A stretch of 64,000 nucleotides of DNA from Pristiophorus japonicus. Lineage: Eukaryota. The position numbers and the translations under genes were made by a program. Shown here piece after piece: positions 23,863-35,995 of this stretch. The notes below the pieces were generated by a model. That model saw nothing but the letters and a program-made list of their open reading frames with translations, had not been told where the DNA came from and did not search any database. The stretch spans positions 16,120,001 to 16,184,000 of the forward strand of contig NC_091999.1 of the NCBI RefSeq assembly GCF_044704955.1, in the 5' to 3' direction. Every line of letters begins with the position of its first letter. Position 1 is the first letter of the stretch.

Positions 23863-24439
23863 CCATTCTCCGGTGTTGTGCTACCTTGGGCGTTTGTGTC
23901 AGATTTCTAACCCGTGCTGTACCTGCCCTGGGAGAGTTTGATGGGACAGTGAAAGGGAGACTTACTATGCCGTGTACTGAACTGTGAAAATCTGTGACGA
24001 GACAGAGACCTGTTTTTTCACAGAACCTGCCATGTGACTGTGACAGATCATAATATTAGAGGAGACTGCATGGTGCACCTGGTGGTTGTGCCGCAATTCC
24101 GCCTCTGGGACCAGATACATCAAGGCTGCGGTAGAGATGTCTTTTCTCCGATGGGACACTGGGTGGCGCCATGGGTCCTTCACCAATGGAACTTGGGTTC
24201 AATCACAACCCAGATAGGACGGGTGAAACATACCTGTCAGGCAAATAAAACACAGTGTGACAGGGAAAATGGAGAAGTGTACAGGAGCCGTGGAGAAAGG
24301 AATACAGCAAAGTCCAAGTTACTTCATTTGTCATTCGAGATTTATTAACAATTTCACAGAAAACAATTTACAGGGAAGTGTAAAAAAGTGAACATAAAGT
24401 GAATATAACTGAGCAATACTTTGAGAACCGAATACAGGC

Positions 24440-24860
24440 GGATTGGGCCTGTACTCTCTGGAGTTTAGAATAATGAGACGTGATCTGATTGAAACATAAG
24501 ATTCTGAGGGCGCTTGACAAGTTAAATGCTGAAGGTTTGTTTTCCCCGGCTGGACACTCGAGAACTAGGGAGCACTCTCTCCGGATAAAGGATCGGCCAT
24601 TTAAGACGGAGATGAGGAGGAATTTCTTCACTCAGAGGGTTGTGAATGTTTGGAATTCCCTGCCCCAGACGGCTGTGGATGCTGAGTCTCTAAATAAATT
24701 CAAAGGCTCAAATAGTTAGATTTTTGGACTCTAGGAGAAGCAACGGATATGCTATCGGGCGGGAAAGTGGAGTTGAGGTCGATAATGAGCCCGGATCTTA
24801 TTGAATGGCGGAGTAGACTCGAGGGTCCGTCGGGCCTACTCCTTCTCCTATTTCTCATGT
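24440..24860 (+). mobile_element. CR1 3' end
   Basis: Reads FKTEMRRNFFTQRVVNVWNSLP, followed by the CR1 3' UTR. Confidence 0.85.
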
Positions 24861-25212
24861 CAGAGCTGCCGCTATCTGTACAGTTGTGACAGACATCAGA
24901 GCGAGTGAACAGGGGCTCAGCATAAAGGGAAGGGAACACTTGTGAATAAGAATGAGAAAAGTTATTTATTTACACATGAAATGTACAAGGCACGGTGAAA
25001 CTCTGAGATGCAGTTACATTACAGCCACAATTATCGCACACATTTCAAACAGAAAGATGGAAATCCCAGTTATATATTTCTCAGCCACTGATTCGGATCT
25101 AGTAAATGAAGGCATTTTACTCTGAGAATCACCAAGAGGACATATTTTATTTTTAGTGACACAGAAATAATAAACAGATGAGGAACATTCACGGCGGCCG
25201 AAATTCAGATCA

Positions 25213-25221
25213 TCACTTGAG
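25213..25221 (-). CDS. IGHM: IgM TM2 exon coding part (LK-stop)
   Basis: cacttttgcag|ctc aag tga; AATAAA downstream at 25146-25151 and 24965-24970 (minus strand). Confidence 0.85.
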   Translation of the reverse strand, partial: LK

Positions 25222-25361
25222 CTGCAAAAGTGGGATAAAATAATTAAGCGGAAGTTTAGTGGTCTGGGGCATTTATCTCAGGGTTTTTATTAATGAAACA
25301 TCCAGAGATTTGTCAAACGGCTTCAGTCAGATAGAAGTGTGAGCGGATTGAATCTTCCCAC

Positions 25362-25489
25362 CTTCACCAGAGTGACGGCAGTGCTGTAGGAAATGCTCAG
25401 GAAGAACAGGATGATGAATGTGGAAGCGGTTGTCCAGATGTTGCCGCTCTCGTCCTCATAGTCTTCATTCCAGATGTGGTCTGAGGAAT
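25362..25489 (-). CDS. IGHM: IgM TM1 exon
   Basis: cgtag|(D)SSDHIWNEDYEDESGNIWTTASTFIILFFLSISYSTAVTLVK|gtggga; conserved antigen-receptor TM (CART) residues; absent from the ORF track. Confidence 0.95.
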
Positions 25490-26174
25490 CTACGGGGATG
25501 TAGGGAGGAAATATATTCAGATCGTTTATTAATCCCGGGTATCATGCTATTATTTTATATTCTCTTTTTTCCCTTAAGGTATTAGTTTGTTCTTTAATTG
25601 GACTTTCAATGTATATTTTGTGTTAAGTTAATCACTCTCAACAATCTCTCACTGTTCCTCACTCCACTGCCGCTCTTCCTTTACGATCCCTCTGTCGTCC
25701 GTTTTGGAAAATATGATAGTTTTTCTTCCATGTCAGAGGCTAATTGATTTTGGATGACTTTGCAACGATCTATCATTCGGAAATAATACGATGAAACATC
25801 GAGGAAGGTTTACAGCAGGATATCGATTATTTTTCCGCTAGGTTAAGGTAGTTACTTAGTTGGAGGCTGCCAAGGAGGCTAGGTAAGAGATCAGTCGTGA
25901 GTTATAACCTTGTTTTTTTATTTGTTACGGCAATGCTCTGAACATAAATAACGTGTCAGTTTGCAACAACTACATTGATCCAGTGTATGTGTAAGACCAG
26001 AATAGTGAATTGTGAGATATTATGGTATCAGGAATTATTTATTCAGGCCAAGCGTTGGATACATTGTCCGTCATAAAAATGCATCTTAGTTCTACATTCT
26101 TCTAAAGCCTGACGTTTTTGTTTGTGCTCTTTAATGTCTATATCACTGTATGACTATCTCTTGTTCTGGATTAG

Positions 26175-26401
26175 TCAGTGTTTGTGTTTCCCTGTGAGGG
26201 TGTTGATCTGTGAGGTTGTGCGTGTGTGTATTTGTAAGATTGTGTATGTGTGTGTAAATCTTTGTTTATGTTTTGTTTAAGAATGCATGTAAGTGTGTGT
26301 TTTTATATTTAATTGCGAGTGTGCGATTTGGTGTAGGTGAGTGTGTGTACTTTTATGTGTAAGCATCTTCATATCTAAGGGTTTGTGTGTGTCTGTGTGT
26401 G

Positions 26402-26435
<34 letters not shown>

Positions 26436-27235
26436 AAGTGTGTTCATGTGTGTGCTTATGTGTATGTGTATCCTTGTGTATATGTATGTTCATGTGTGTG
26501 TTTCCCTACAAGTGTATGTGTATGGTTATTTATAAGTGTTTGTTTTTGTTGAGGTGTAAGTGTGTGTGTGAGATTTCGTGTAACATTGTGTATACCGGTA
26601 AGTTTGTGTGTGTGTGTTTTGTGTTAGTTTGTGTTTGGATTTATATGCGTGTTCATGCTTGTGTAAGTCTGTTCAGTTGTGTGTTTTTCTGTAAGTGTAT
26701 GGCTATGTATCAGTGTTGTTCATGTTTAGGTTTAAGCGTGTGTGTGTTTATGTGTAACAATGGGTTTGCAGGTAAATTTGTGTGTGTGTGTTTTGTGAAA
26801 GTGTGTGTTTTGATTGATGTATGTGTCTAAGTGCAATAGTATGTTTGCATGTAAGTGTGTGTGTGTTTAGTTTAAATGTGTGTTTGGATTGATGCGTTTG
26901 TTTACGAGTGTGTGTGTGTTTTGTGTAAGTGTGTGTGTGGATTGATGTGTATTTATGTGTGTGTAAGTGTGTTTTGTGTAAGTGTGTGTGTGGATTGATG
27001 TATGCATTTATGTGTGTATAAGTGGTGTTTTGTAAGTGTATGTGTATGGATTGGTGCGTATGTCTATGTGTGTGAAAGTGTGTTTTGTGTAAGTGTGTGT
27101 GTGGATTGATGTATGTGTTTATGTGTGTGTAGGTGTGCTTTGTGTCAGTGTCTGTGTGGATTGATGTGTGTGTCTATGTGTGTGTAAGTGTGTGTAAGTA
27201 TCCGTTGTGTAAGTGTGCGTTTAGATTGACGTGTA
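26175..27235. repeat. TG-rich degenerate microsatellite in the CH4-TM1 intron
   Basis: (TG)n tracts with a 50-56-bp higher-order unit gtgtggattgatg at about 26880-27230. Confidence 0.9.
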
Positions 27236-28188
27236 TTATTGCTATTGTTAACATTTTCAGAGAGCATCAAGAACTGGATTTGACAATGATGGTTTTCATT
27301 ATATTCTAGTTACGTAAAATATTATGTGTCAGAGTGTTAATGTATGTCTTTATATGTAAGTCTATGTGTGTTTGTGTGCAATTGTGCACTTACACAAAAA
27401 CACACACACTTATAAAAAATCATCAACACACTTACATGTGAACACAGACAAACTCACTTTCACAAGTATTCTCCCTGCTCTGTGTAAATGTGTCCTGTGT
27501 GAGGCGCAATGTGACGTCAGCCGAAGGAATGCAACAATTCAACCGATGGGCCTCAGAAACATCAGGGACACAACTGTGAGAAACCCGCAGAGGATTAAAT
27601 CACCAGTTTAGATATGGCCCATTAGAATTCAGCATGTTAGTTTACAATTAACAGGGACTGTTGCACCCCCAACCCTATTTAAAAATATTACGTGGAATAA
27701 ACAGTTATTTCAGAATATAATACTCATGTGGCAAGTTTAAAATCTTTAGACCATGGGTTAGAATGTGACATTGTACTGATAACAACTTAGTGCATTTAAA
27801 AGAGAGTGGTTCACTTCCCATCTCCCTGCAGGAGGGGCAGTGGGGGGTTACGTGAATTACACATTTCCCATTCCCCTCTCGCTGGTGGTTGTGAGAGGTG
27901 CAGTGAATTAAAATTAGCCTTTACTCTCTCTCTGCTGAAGTTACTTTCAGGAATTCTGTAATGAGAGAACTTCACGCAGTCTCCAACCCATGGTGTATCT
28001 GAGCTGGGAGCGCTGGCTGTACAAGCCTTGGGACCGAGGCGCGCAAACACCCTACTTCAGATAAACAGCCCTCACATTGGCAAAAATAGGAAACATAGTT
28101 GATTGAGCGGCTGTGTGTTTAACTCACGATTGGAAAAAAAACCCTTTATTGTTTTTAATTTAAGAACGGAAATGCAATCGAGAGATTC

Positions 28189-28580
28189 TCATTGACAAGA
28201 ATTTACGGTGTCCATCAGAACAAGGGAAATGTTGACGAAACTGGGTTTACCGCTGGATTTATTGACGGTTCTGTTGGTGATCTTCAAGGGGATCGCTTCA
28301 TGTCCCACCACACAGGAGTAAGAAGCGCCGCTGGCCCACTCCTCGGCTGCAATGGATAGCAGGCTGTACAGGAAGAAGGATCTGCTGCCGTTCTCCGCCA
28401 TCACCTCGGTGTTCTTGTAGTTGCCCGAATCCACCGGCTTGTCATTGACGGTCCATTTGACGAAGATCTCTCGGGGGGAGAAACCTCTCACTAAGCAGGT
28501 GAGGCTGACCAACCCCTGAGCGGAGACTTCTTCTGCCGAGGGCAGGAGGACAGACACGGCTGGTTCCCGTGGATCTTTCG
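28189..28580 (-). CDS. IGHM: IgM CH4 plus secretory tailpiece
   Basis: gacag|(A)[62 protein letters not shown]-stop; internal donor G|GTAAAC at 28251 for the membrane form; AATAAA at 28145-28150. Confidence 0.97.
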
Positions 28581-29479
28581 CTGTCGAACAGTTACAATAA
28601 AGACCAATGAACTGGACAGTTCCAGAGACAATGGGGGAACTTTAAACGAATACAGCGGGCAGGTTTTGGGCGTGGAGGTATATAAATTGTTAAAAATTGT
28701 AATCCCGACATCAACTAGCCCACTCCCAGTTGTAATATTATATTTGAGTAATGTATTTAAATTAGGCTGGAATGCTCTTTTTTAACCACCATTTGGTGTT
28801 TATCTGTCGCTGGTCCGGTTGACACACTGTGTAAATCCCTGCAGTTACAGCGAGGCGGGGACTTCTGCAACCAGGTGATAATTGCCCTTACACATACTCC
28901 CTGGATCCAGGGTCCCTATCTAACCCACCCCCCGTGATCCGAGACCTCCTCACTCGGCTTACAATCCTCCCATTCTCCCGGGTGGCCTGTGAGACCACCG
29001 CCCACAACTCGCCTTCCTCATTAAAATTCAGCCAATTTCAGGTGGTTAGATGTGAAAGAAATGGACACTGCGTTGAATTTTAAAGCTTTTCCTTTTCCCC
29101 TCTGGGGCCCCTCTGGTTTTCCATCCCGCAGCAGAGGGAACACAACCTTTCACTCTGAAATCTTGAAGGATTGGTGTGGAAAATTACATACAATTTACAG
29201 CACATAACAAGGAGATTTGGCCAACTGGTCTATGCCGGTGTGAATGTTCCACACAAGCCTCCTCCTAGCTCACTTAATCTAACCCTAATAACATACCCTT
29301 TCTCACCCATGGACTTATCCAGTTTCCCCTAACATACACAACATCAGGTCCCAGAGTGCTGAGTTCGTGGAATTACCAAACTGAATGATCAGATTAGCCC
29401 ATTAAACACTTTAAATAATGAATTGGCCCTTGCACATGCAGCAGAAATAGTCACTTATTGCAACAATCTTCCCCCTCAC

Positions 29480-29788
29480 CCTTCTCCTTGTGGATGGATT
29501 CTCTGATCGGTGTCGGCATATCCTGATGGCTCACCACGCAGTAGAACTTATCCCCACTCAGCCAGTCTTGTGTCGAGATGTTTAAGTTGCTGATCACGCT
29601 GTTGGGATCCTCTCCCGGTTGGACGGCAATCTCTGATTTCAAAGCCTCCTTTTCTCGGGTCCAGGTCACAGTGAGCCCATAAGGAGCGTCTGACACGACG
29701 CAGGTTAAGGTCACCGTCGCCTCCAGTAAGATCTGTTCCAGTGATGGTGAGCGAAGAGTGATTTTTGAATCGCTGCATGGGACATCCA
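29480..29788 (-). CDS. IGHM: IgM CH3 exon
   Basis: tttgcag|(V)[56 protein letters not shown]|gtgag; phase 1 at both ends. Confidence 0.96.
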
Positions 29789-30494
29789 CTGCAAAACAGG
29801 AATGATAGTCAAGAAAAGCTGCAGCTTCAGAATCAGGATACCAATATTTAGCCTTTACTCTTTAAGGGGAATAAATCACTTTTAAGATATCAACCTCTTG
29901 CTGTTGCCTCAACACCAGCGTTATTGGAAGACAATGAATTGGCAACGATTCCGGTAGATCTGTAACATTTCCTGTGTATTTTCAGCCAGAGCCACCTGTA
30001 ATGGGCTGTGAAGCAAATACCCGGCGTAAAATGGGAATAGACTGGGGTGCAATTGTGTTCGGCTTTGAATAGCGCTCTTCCTGAAATCCCTTGCTCCTTT
30101 ACACCCGTCTATAGATCCTTGCACCCAAATGCATCTCCACTGGTTATAAAAGCTGAAGCCCGAATAGCCCGAAGTTCAAGAGGTCTACACCAGCATTATA
30201 CTCGTTCAAAACCAGTGTCAAATTAATTTCAGGATTTATAGGTCAACAGGAAACAAAGTTAAATTTCTGGTCTCTTGCTGCGTTTTTTGTTGCGGTGAAA
30301 ATGTGCAGGTACCAGTCACATCCCCCGTCAGAGGAGAAGTGCAATATCGGGAGAATGGAGTTCCAAGGAATCTTTGTGGTCGGGCGTCATTTGTAATGAT
30401 GTGAGGTAGTTTGTTAATATCTGTAATTACTGAACATTTATCATGTATGGTGAGAGAGATCCAGGGTGAAATATGACCTCAGGGCATTAATAGC

Positions 30495-30990
30495 AACATA
30501 GGAACAGGAGGAGGCCATTCAGCCCATCCATCCTGTCCTGCCATCCAGTTAGATCATCAACACCATCTTCACGCCTTGGTTATGTAACCCTTGATAATAT
30601 TGCCGAACAAAAATCTATCAATCTCACTTTTCTACTTTTCAATTGAAAGCAAGCGTCAGCACCTTTTGGGGAGGGAAATCCCGACTTGCACTATTCTTCC
30701 TGTGAGAAAATCCTTTCTGACATCACCTCTGCACGGCCTAGCTCTAATTTTAAGGTTCTGCTACTTGTTCTCGATTCTTTCATCAAACTAAATAATGTTT
30801 TCTATATCTACTCGATCAATTCCATTTATCAACTTAAACATGTCAATTTGATCATCTCTTAACGTTCTATATTCGTCTCCTGCTCATTTTATATTATTAG
30901 TCCCGGTATAATTCAGGTAAACATGCACTTTACCGCCTCCACGACCAGTATATCCTTCCTGAGGTGCGCAACCCAGAATTGGGCTCAGTG
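30495..30990 (-). mobile_element. Old CR1 3' fragment
   Basis: aacataggaacaggaggaggccattcagccc tail plus degraded ORF2 end. Confidence 0.65.
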
Positions 30991-31184
30991 CTCTGAATAG
31001 GGTAAATGTCCATTCTAGCAGTGGGTTCCTGGACAGTTAGCGGTAAAGGGTTCCAGACTCCTACTGCCACTCCGTATATGATCAGCCAACTCAGGATATA
31101 CCTGAGACTAAGGACACTTCACTCACTGCCTGAAGTTAGAGCAGGGAGAAATCTTCTTTGGCGAGGTTAATATATCCTGAACAA

Positions 31185-31620
31185 TGAGGAATCCTGAACC
31201 AGAAGATCGTGGGTTGAAGTCCCACTGCAGATACTTGATCACAAAATGTAAGCTGAGTCTCCCAGTGCAGTACTGGGGGCGTGGTGCACTATCGGAGGTT
31301 CCGGCTTTCAGATCAGGTGTTAAACCGAGGATCCGTCTGGCCTCTCAGGTGGACATAAACGTTCCCCTGGAAATATTTCAATGAAAAGCAGAGGAGTTCT
31401 CCCTGGTGGCCTGGAAATATTTATCCCTCAAGAAATATCACTAAACAAAAAAAATGGTCATTATCACATTGCTGTTTGTGGGAGCTTGCTGTGCACTAAA
31501 TGACTGCCGCACTTTGTACATTACAACTGTGACCACATTTCACAACTTAATTCATTGGCTGGCAAGCGCTTTGGTTCAGTCTGTGGTCGCTGAAGGCGCT
31601 GTATAAAGGCAAGTTTGTAT
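31185..31620 (+). mobile_element. DeuSINE
   Basis: gcactatcggagg..ctttcagatcagg..ttaaaccgagg core and aggcgctgtataaaggcaagt tail. Confidence 0.7.
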
Positions 31621-31749
31621 CACAAGAATACACAAACTGCATGATTGGAAATTAGGAATAGTTCTGTGCTTTTTACTAATTCCAATAAAAGTCTTGACTG
31701 AGATCAGCGCTCAGAATGGTCTGGAACCTCCCGGGATTGTACCTCTTAC

Positions 31750-32067
31750 CCTGAGATCTGCTGAAGTTATGGTTTTGCGTGACCCCTTGATGAGTGACCT
31801 GGCAGGTGTAGACCGAGCCGGTTAACCATTCCTCGGCGGGGACTGTCAGCCGACTGGCTGTCGAGAAGTTCCCGTTCACCTCAAAGACGGGAGAGGTGAG
31901 GAAGCCCGAATCCATGAGTTGTCCACTCTTCAGCCAATTCACAGTCAGTGACTTTGGCCTGAAATCGATGATTGAACACACGGCGCTTGCATATCTGCTG
32001 CTGGTGATTTGTTCAGTGGAACTCAGTGTGAGGAGAACAGTTGGAGGAACGATGTCCCGTTCAGGAT
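31750..32067 (-). CDS. IGHM: IgM CH2 exon
   Basis: cttgaag|(D)[67 protein letters not shown]|gtaag. Confidence 0.96.
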
Positions 32068-32204
32068 CTTCAAGAGAAGACATATTACTGACATTGCTTG
32101 CAAAATAAATGATTAAGAAATGCAAAGTGTCCTTATATTTTAACGGGTTCTTTGCTGTCAGACTAACACAAACCTGGCAGTTACAGAGAGCAGGACTGTG
32201 CACA

Positions 32205-32455
32205 GAATTCTCAGTGTAATATGCAGCCCGGAACTGTGCACAATATTCTAAGTGCGATATGGGGACCAGAACCATGCACAGTACTCTAAGTGTGATATGG
32301 AGACCAGAATTATGCATAATATTCTAAGTACGAGATGGAAACCAGAAATTTAAACAATATTCTAAATGTGATAAGGAGACTAGAACTGTGCACAGCATTA
32401 TAAGTATGTTACAGAGAGCAGAATTGCACACAGTACTCTAAGTGTTGTCTGATCA
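32205..32455. repeat. 38-bp tandem repeat derived from CR1 ORF2
   Basis: About 6 units of accagaactgtgcacaatattctaagtgtgatatggag, the reverse complement of the CR1 HLEYCVQFWSP motif. Confidence 0.7.
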
Positions 32456-32523
32456 AGTTCCGATGCAAGTTAAACATAATTTCTCATCTTATCACAATTT
32501 GCCCTGTATCCCACACCACTAAC

Positions 32524-32823
32524 CTGGCATTGTGATGGCCCAGACCGACACACCACGTCGAACCTCGCAGTTGATTGTGCTGCTCCCCACCTCTGACTCG
32601 GTGATGGTTAACTGGCTGCTCTGGGTGTAGATTCCCTTCTTGTTGAGCACTGGCGGGTAGGTCTTCAATCCAGTGGTGATCGGCTCTTTATCTTTCTTCC
32701 AGGAAAGGCTGGTGATGTCGGGGGAATAGTCCATTGCCAAACAGCCGTACGTGATGGAGCCATCGGTGCTGGGTTGTTCACAGGAGGAGAGCAGGGCGTA
32801 GAGGGTGGGGGGAGACGGTGTTA
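32524..32823 (-). CDS. IGHM: IgM CH1 exon
   Basis: ttcccag|(V)[71 protein letters not shown]|gttag; closely resembles shark Cmu1. Confidence 0.96.
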
Positions 32824-33594
32824 CTGGGAAGGAATGGCCCATTGAACAAGTTAGACTCTGTAATCCGTGCTTATAAAAGAAAGAAACAACTCGAAATTTT
32901 ACTGCAGAATAAACTAATTCCACCATTTCCCCATCAAAGACTACACGGGCATTTGAGCTTCTGTCAGTTCCATCATAAGCACCTGTCGATGCCCCTGTCA
33001 GGAACACACCTCTCTATCCCCGAGCTCTATCACATTACACAACAAGAACTTTTACATAACTCGTCAATAAAGAATCCTTCATTGGATCATACAATCGAAG
33101 AACAGAGACGTGTTCCTGCTTTTTCGGCCATCATTTATTTCTCAATCAGCACCATTTTTGGTCCTTTATTGCAGTTTGGGGAAATTTACTCTGTGCACAT
33201 TGCCTGCGGCGTATCCCTACAAAACAACAGTGACTGCATTTCAAAGTAACAGCGGAATTCCTGCCTCACGCGTCAGCAAAAAACCCTCTAAATTTGCCTG
33301 CCACATAATTCAACAGGAAGCATTTCCATAGTCTAGTTTCTAAGATTCAGTCTGTAGATGAATCGCGATTGAGTTGAATCTCTCTCTTTCTTTCTCAGTA
33401 TTTGAGGGAGAGCGATGTCCTTCAGCGCACTGTGATCTGGACTCTATCCCATCCTATTGAATGCATGTCTCTTGAGTTTCCTCCTCCCTGCCACTCAATT
33501 AATAATCCGAATAAAATACCATTCCAAATTCCGGTTAATTGGAAGTTTCTCCTTAAATGGCCCATTTCAATTCCCATTGTTGTTCTTGTTATGT

Positions 33595-34500
33595 AACAAT
33601 GACATGGACTTGGGTATAGGGAATGCAATTTCGAATTTAGAAGATAATGCAAAACCTGGCAACGTAGCCAATAGTGAACATGATAGCAGCAGACTCCATG
33701 AGGAGACAGATGGTCCAGTGAAATGGGCCGGAACATGGCAATTGCAATTTAATGCGAATCATTGAGAAGCGATACACATTGGATGGAAGATGGAGAGGCA
33801 GTATAATCTAAATAGTATTATTTTGAGGGGATGCATGAACAGAGATATCTAGATGTATATATTCACAAATCTTTGAAGGGGGCAGGGCAAACTGGTTAGA
33901 CTATTATGAAAGCGTATGGGATACTTGACTTTGTAAATGGGACATTGACTACAAAAACAAGGCGGTTATGCTAAACTTACAGATCACGTGTTAGACCTCA
34001 GCTGGAGTATTGTGCATAATTCTGGAACAACAATGTAGGAAGGATGTCAAGCCCTTGGGGAGTGTAGAGGGGAGGCTTTTACCAGGATGATGCCAGGGAT
34101 GGGATCTTCAGTTATGTGGAGAGATTGGAGAAGCTGGGATGTTCTCCTTAGAGCAGAGGTTAAGAGGAGACCTAAGAGAGATATTCAACATTATGACAGG
34201 TTTTGATAGAGCAAGTAGGGAGAAACAGCTTTCGCTGGAAAGAAGTTGCGTAACCAAAGGTCACAGATTTAAAATAATTGGCAGAAGATCGAAAGGGGAA
34301 ATTGGGGTAATTTTTTCACACAGAGGGTTGGTAATTTCAGGAATGCTCCAGGCAGTTCATCCTGTACGTCAGGAGGATTCATTTGCACGTTTACAATGAA
34401 AACCCTGGGGAGTTGGACTAAATTGGACAGCTCTTTCAGAGCCGGCACAGGCACGATGCCTGAATGGTCTTTTCAGTGTTGTGAGATGCTATCATTCTAT
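33595..34500 (+). mobile_element. Degraded CR1 3' half in the J-C intron
   Basis: VRPQLEYCA.FW and LRGDL.E.F motifs and a 3' tail. Confidence 0.8.
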
Positions 34501-35214
34501 ACGAGTCATGGGAATAGTTCTTCTAGATTTAATGGAAGGAAACGCTTCATATTTTGGACACCTCTACCAGATCTACTTTTATTGTTCATTAGAATGAAAG
34601 AGGATATTTCAGAAAAGGATCTTATAAATCTGACGCAAATTAGTCAATCGCATGCTGTTATAAAGGCTTAAAGTTCATTGTGAATGATGACGTATTGCAG
34701 GTTGACTCTATCTCTTTAAATGTTTCACAGAATTGCAGCTCAGTGACTGTGTGCCTTGTCTTGTGACCCAGGCCAATAGCTGCATCTCGTCATAGTTTGT
34801 CCCTGCCTTTAACCTTCTCAGGAAGAATTGAACAACATAATGTTTCTAAACATGAGGTCCTCATGACGGTCATTTGAAGCGGCAGTCCCGATATTCTCCA
34901 TTTAAATTGTGAAAATATCTTACAGCCTCCCAACAGATCAGAACAGGCGCTGCTTTCTGGAGCGTTATTCACTTCCTGAAACGGTTTGTTCTGAAAGTGA
35001 GCTGAGGATCAGGCCAATCGTGTTCAATAGTAATCTGATGCTCAAAATGTTCAAACATTAATAACTCATTAAAAATTGGGCATTTTTTTCAGAAAGAATA
35101 TAAACATCAATGAATGTGCGTTGTTTAATCTGGGCAATGGAACGATTCATTGTATATATCTGGCACGAGCAGTTTATCTGCTATCTGTTAGACGCAGATA
35201 ACGGTGCCTTGAAC

Positions 35215-35995
35215 ACTGCCTGACCAAGCACTCTCAGGTCAGATATAGCACGGATAAGAGAGCAAAGCTCCCGCTATGCTGCCGTGTGGGTCAGGACAGG
35301 TATAGCAAGGGTTGCACACAGAGTAATACGTTATCTGTGCTATCCCGTCAAACATTCCCAGCTGAAGTACTGCAGAGATGTGCTACGAAATGTCTTCCCT
35401 TAAAATGCGTTATCAAATTGACCGATTAGATTAAGCACAATTATCACAAGTACAAATAAAAGCTTCCGATACACTGATCCATTAAAGCGCACCAGCTCAC
35501 CTAGAGCTCTGATTAAATAGAAGATCAATCTATATTGAAGGACCCAATTAAGCTCCACGTCCTTGTAAATAAAAGGTTAAATACTGATTAAAGCTATCTC
35601 TGCAATGTCCCATCAAGCACTGCCATTTAAGGTAAAGCACGGGTTAGTTGCAGAGTAAAGCTCCCTCTTCACTGTCCCATCAAATACTCCCAAGACAGGT
35701 ACAGTGTAAAGCTCCCTCTACAGTGTCCCATTAAACATTCTCAGGGCAGGTACAACATGGGTCAAGATACAGAGTAAAGCTCCATCTACACTGTCCCATC
35801 AACACTCCTAGGGCACGTAGAGCATGGGCTAAATACAGAGTAACACTCCCTCTACACTGTCCCATCAAACACTCCCAGGGCACGTACAGCATGGGCTAGA
35901 TACAGAGTAAAGCTCCTTCTGCCCTGTCCCATCAAACACTCCCAGGGCAGGTACTACCGGGTTAGAAACTGATTAAAGCTCCTTCTACTGTCTCC
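35215..35995. repeat. 67-bp satellite in reverse orientation, in the J-C intron
   Basis: Units ctacactgtcccatcaaacactcccagggcaggtacagc, increasingly degenerate to the left. Confidence 0.85.

Noticed and set aside
22208-23987. Repetitive ORFs (PQPKCLTPVPV and SPYWASMG)
   Set aside because: The 41-bp unit is not a multiple of 3 and the frames shift; the 24-bp unit is in frame but shows no splice or gene context
35215-35995. Satellite in the J-C intron as a class-switch region
   Set aside because: The same 67-bp satellite occurs four other times outside the gene and is not AGCT/GGGGT-dense
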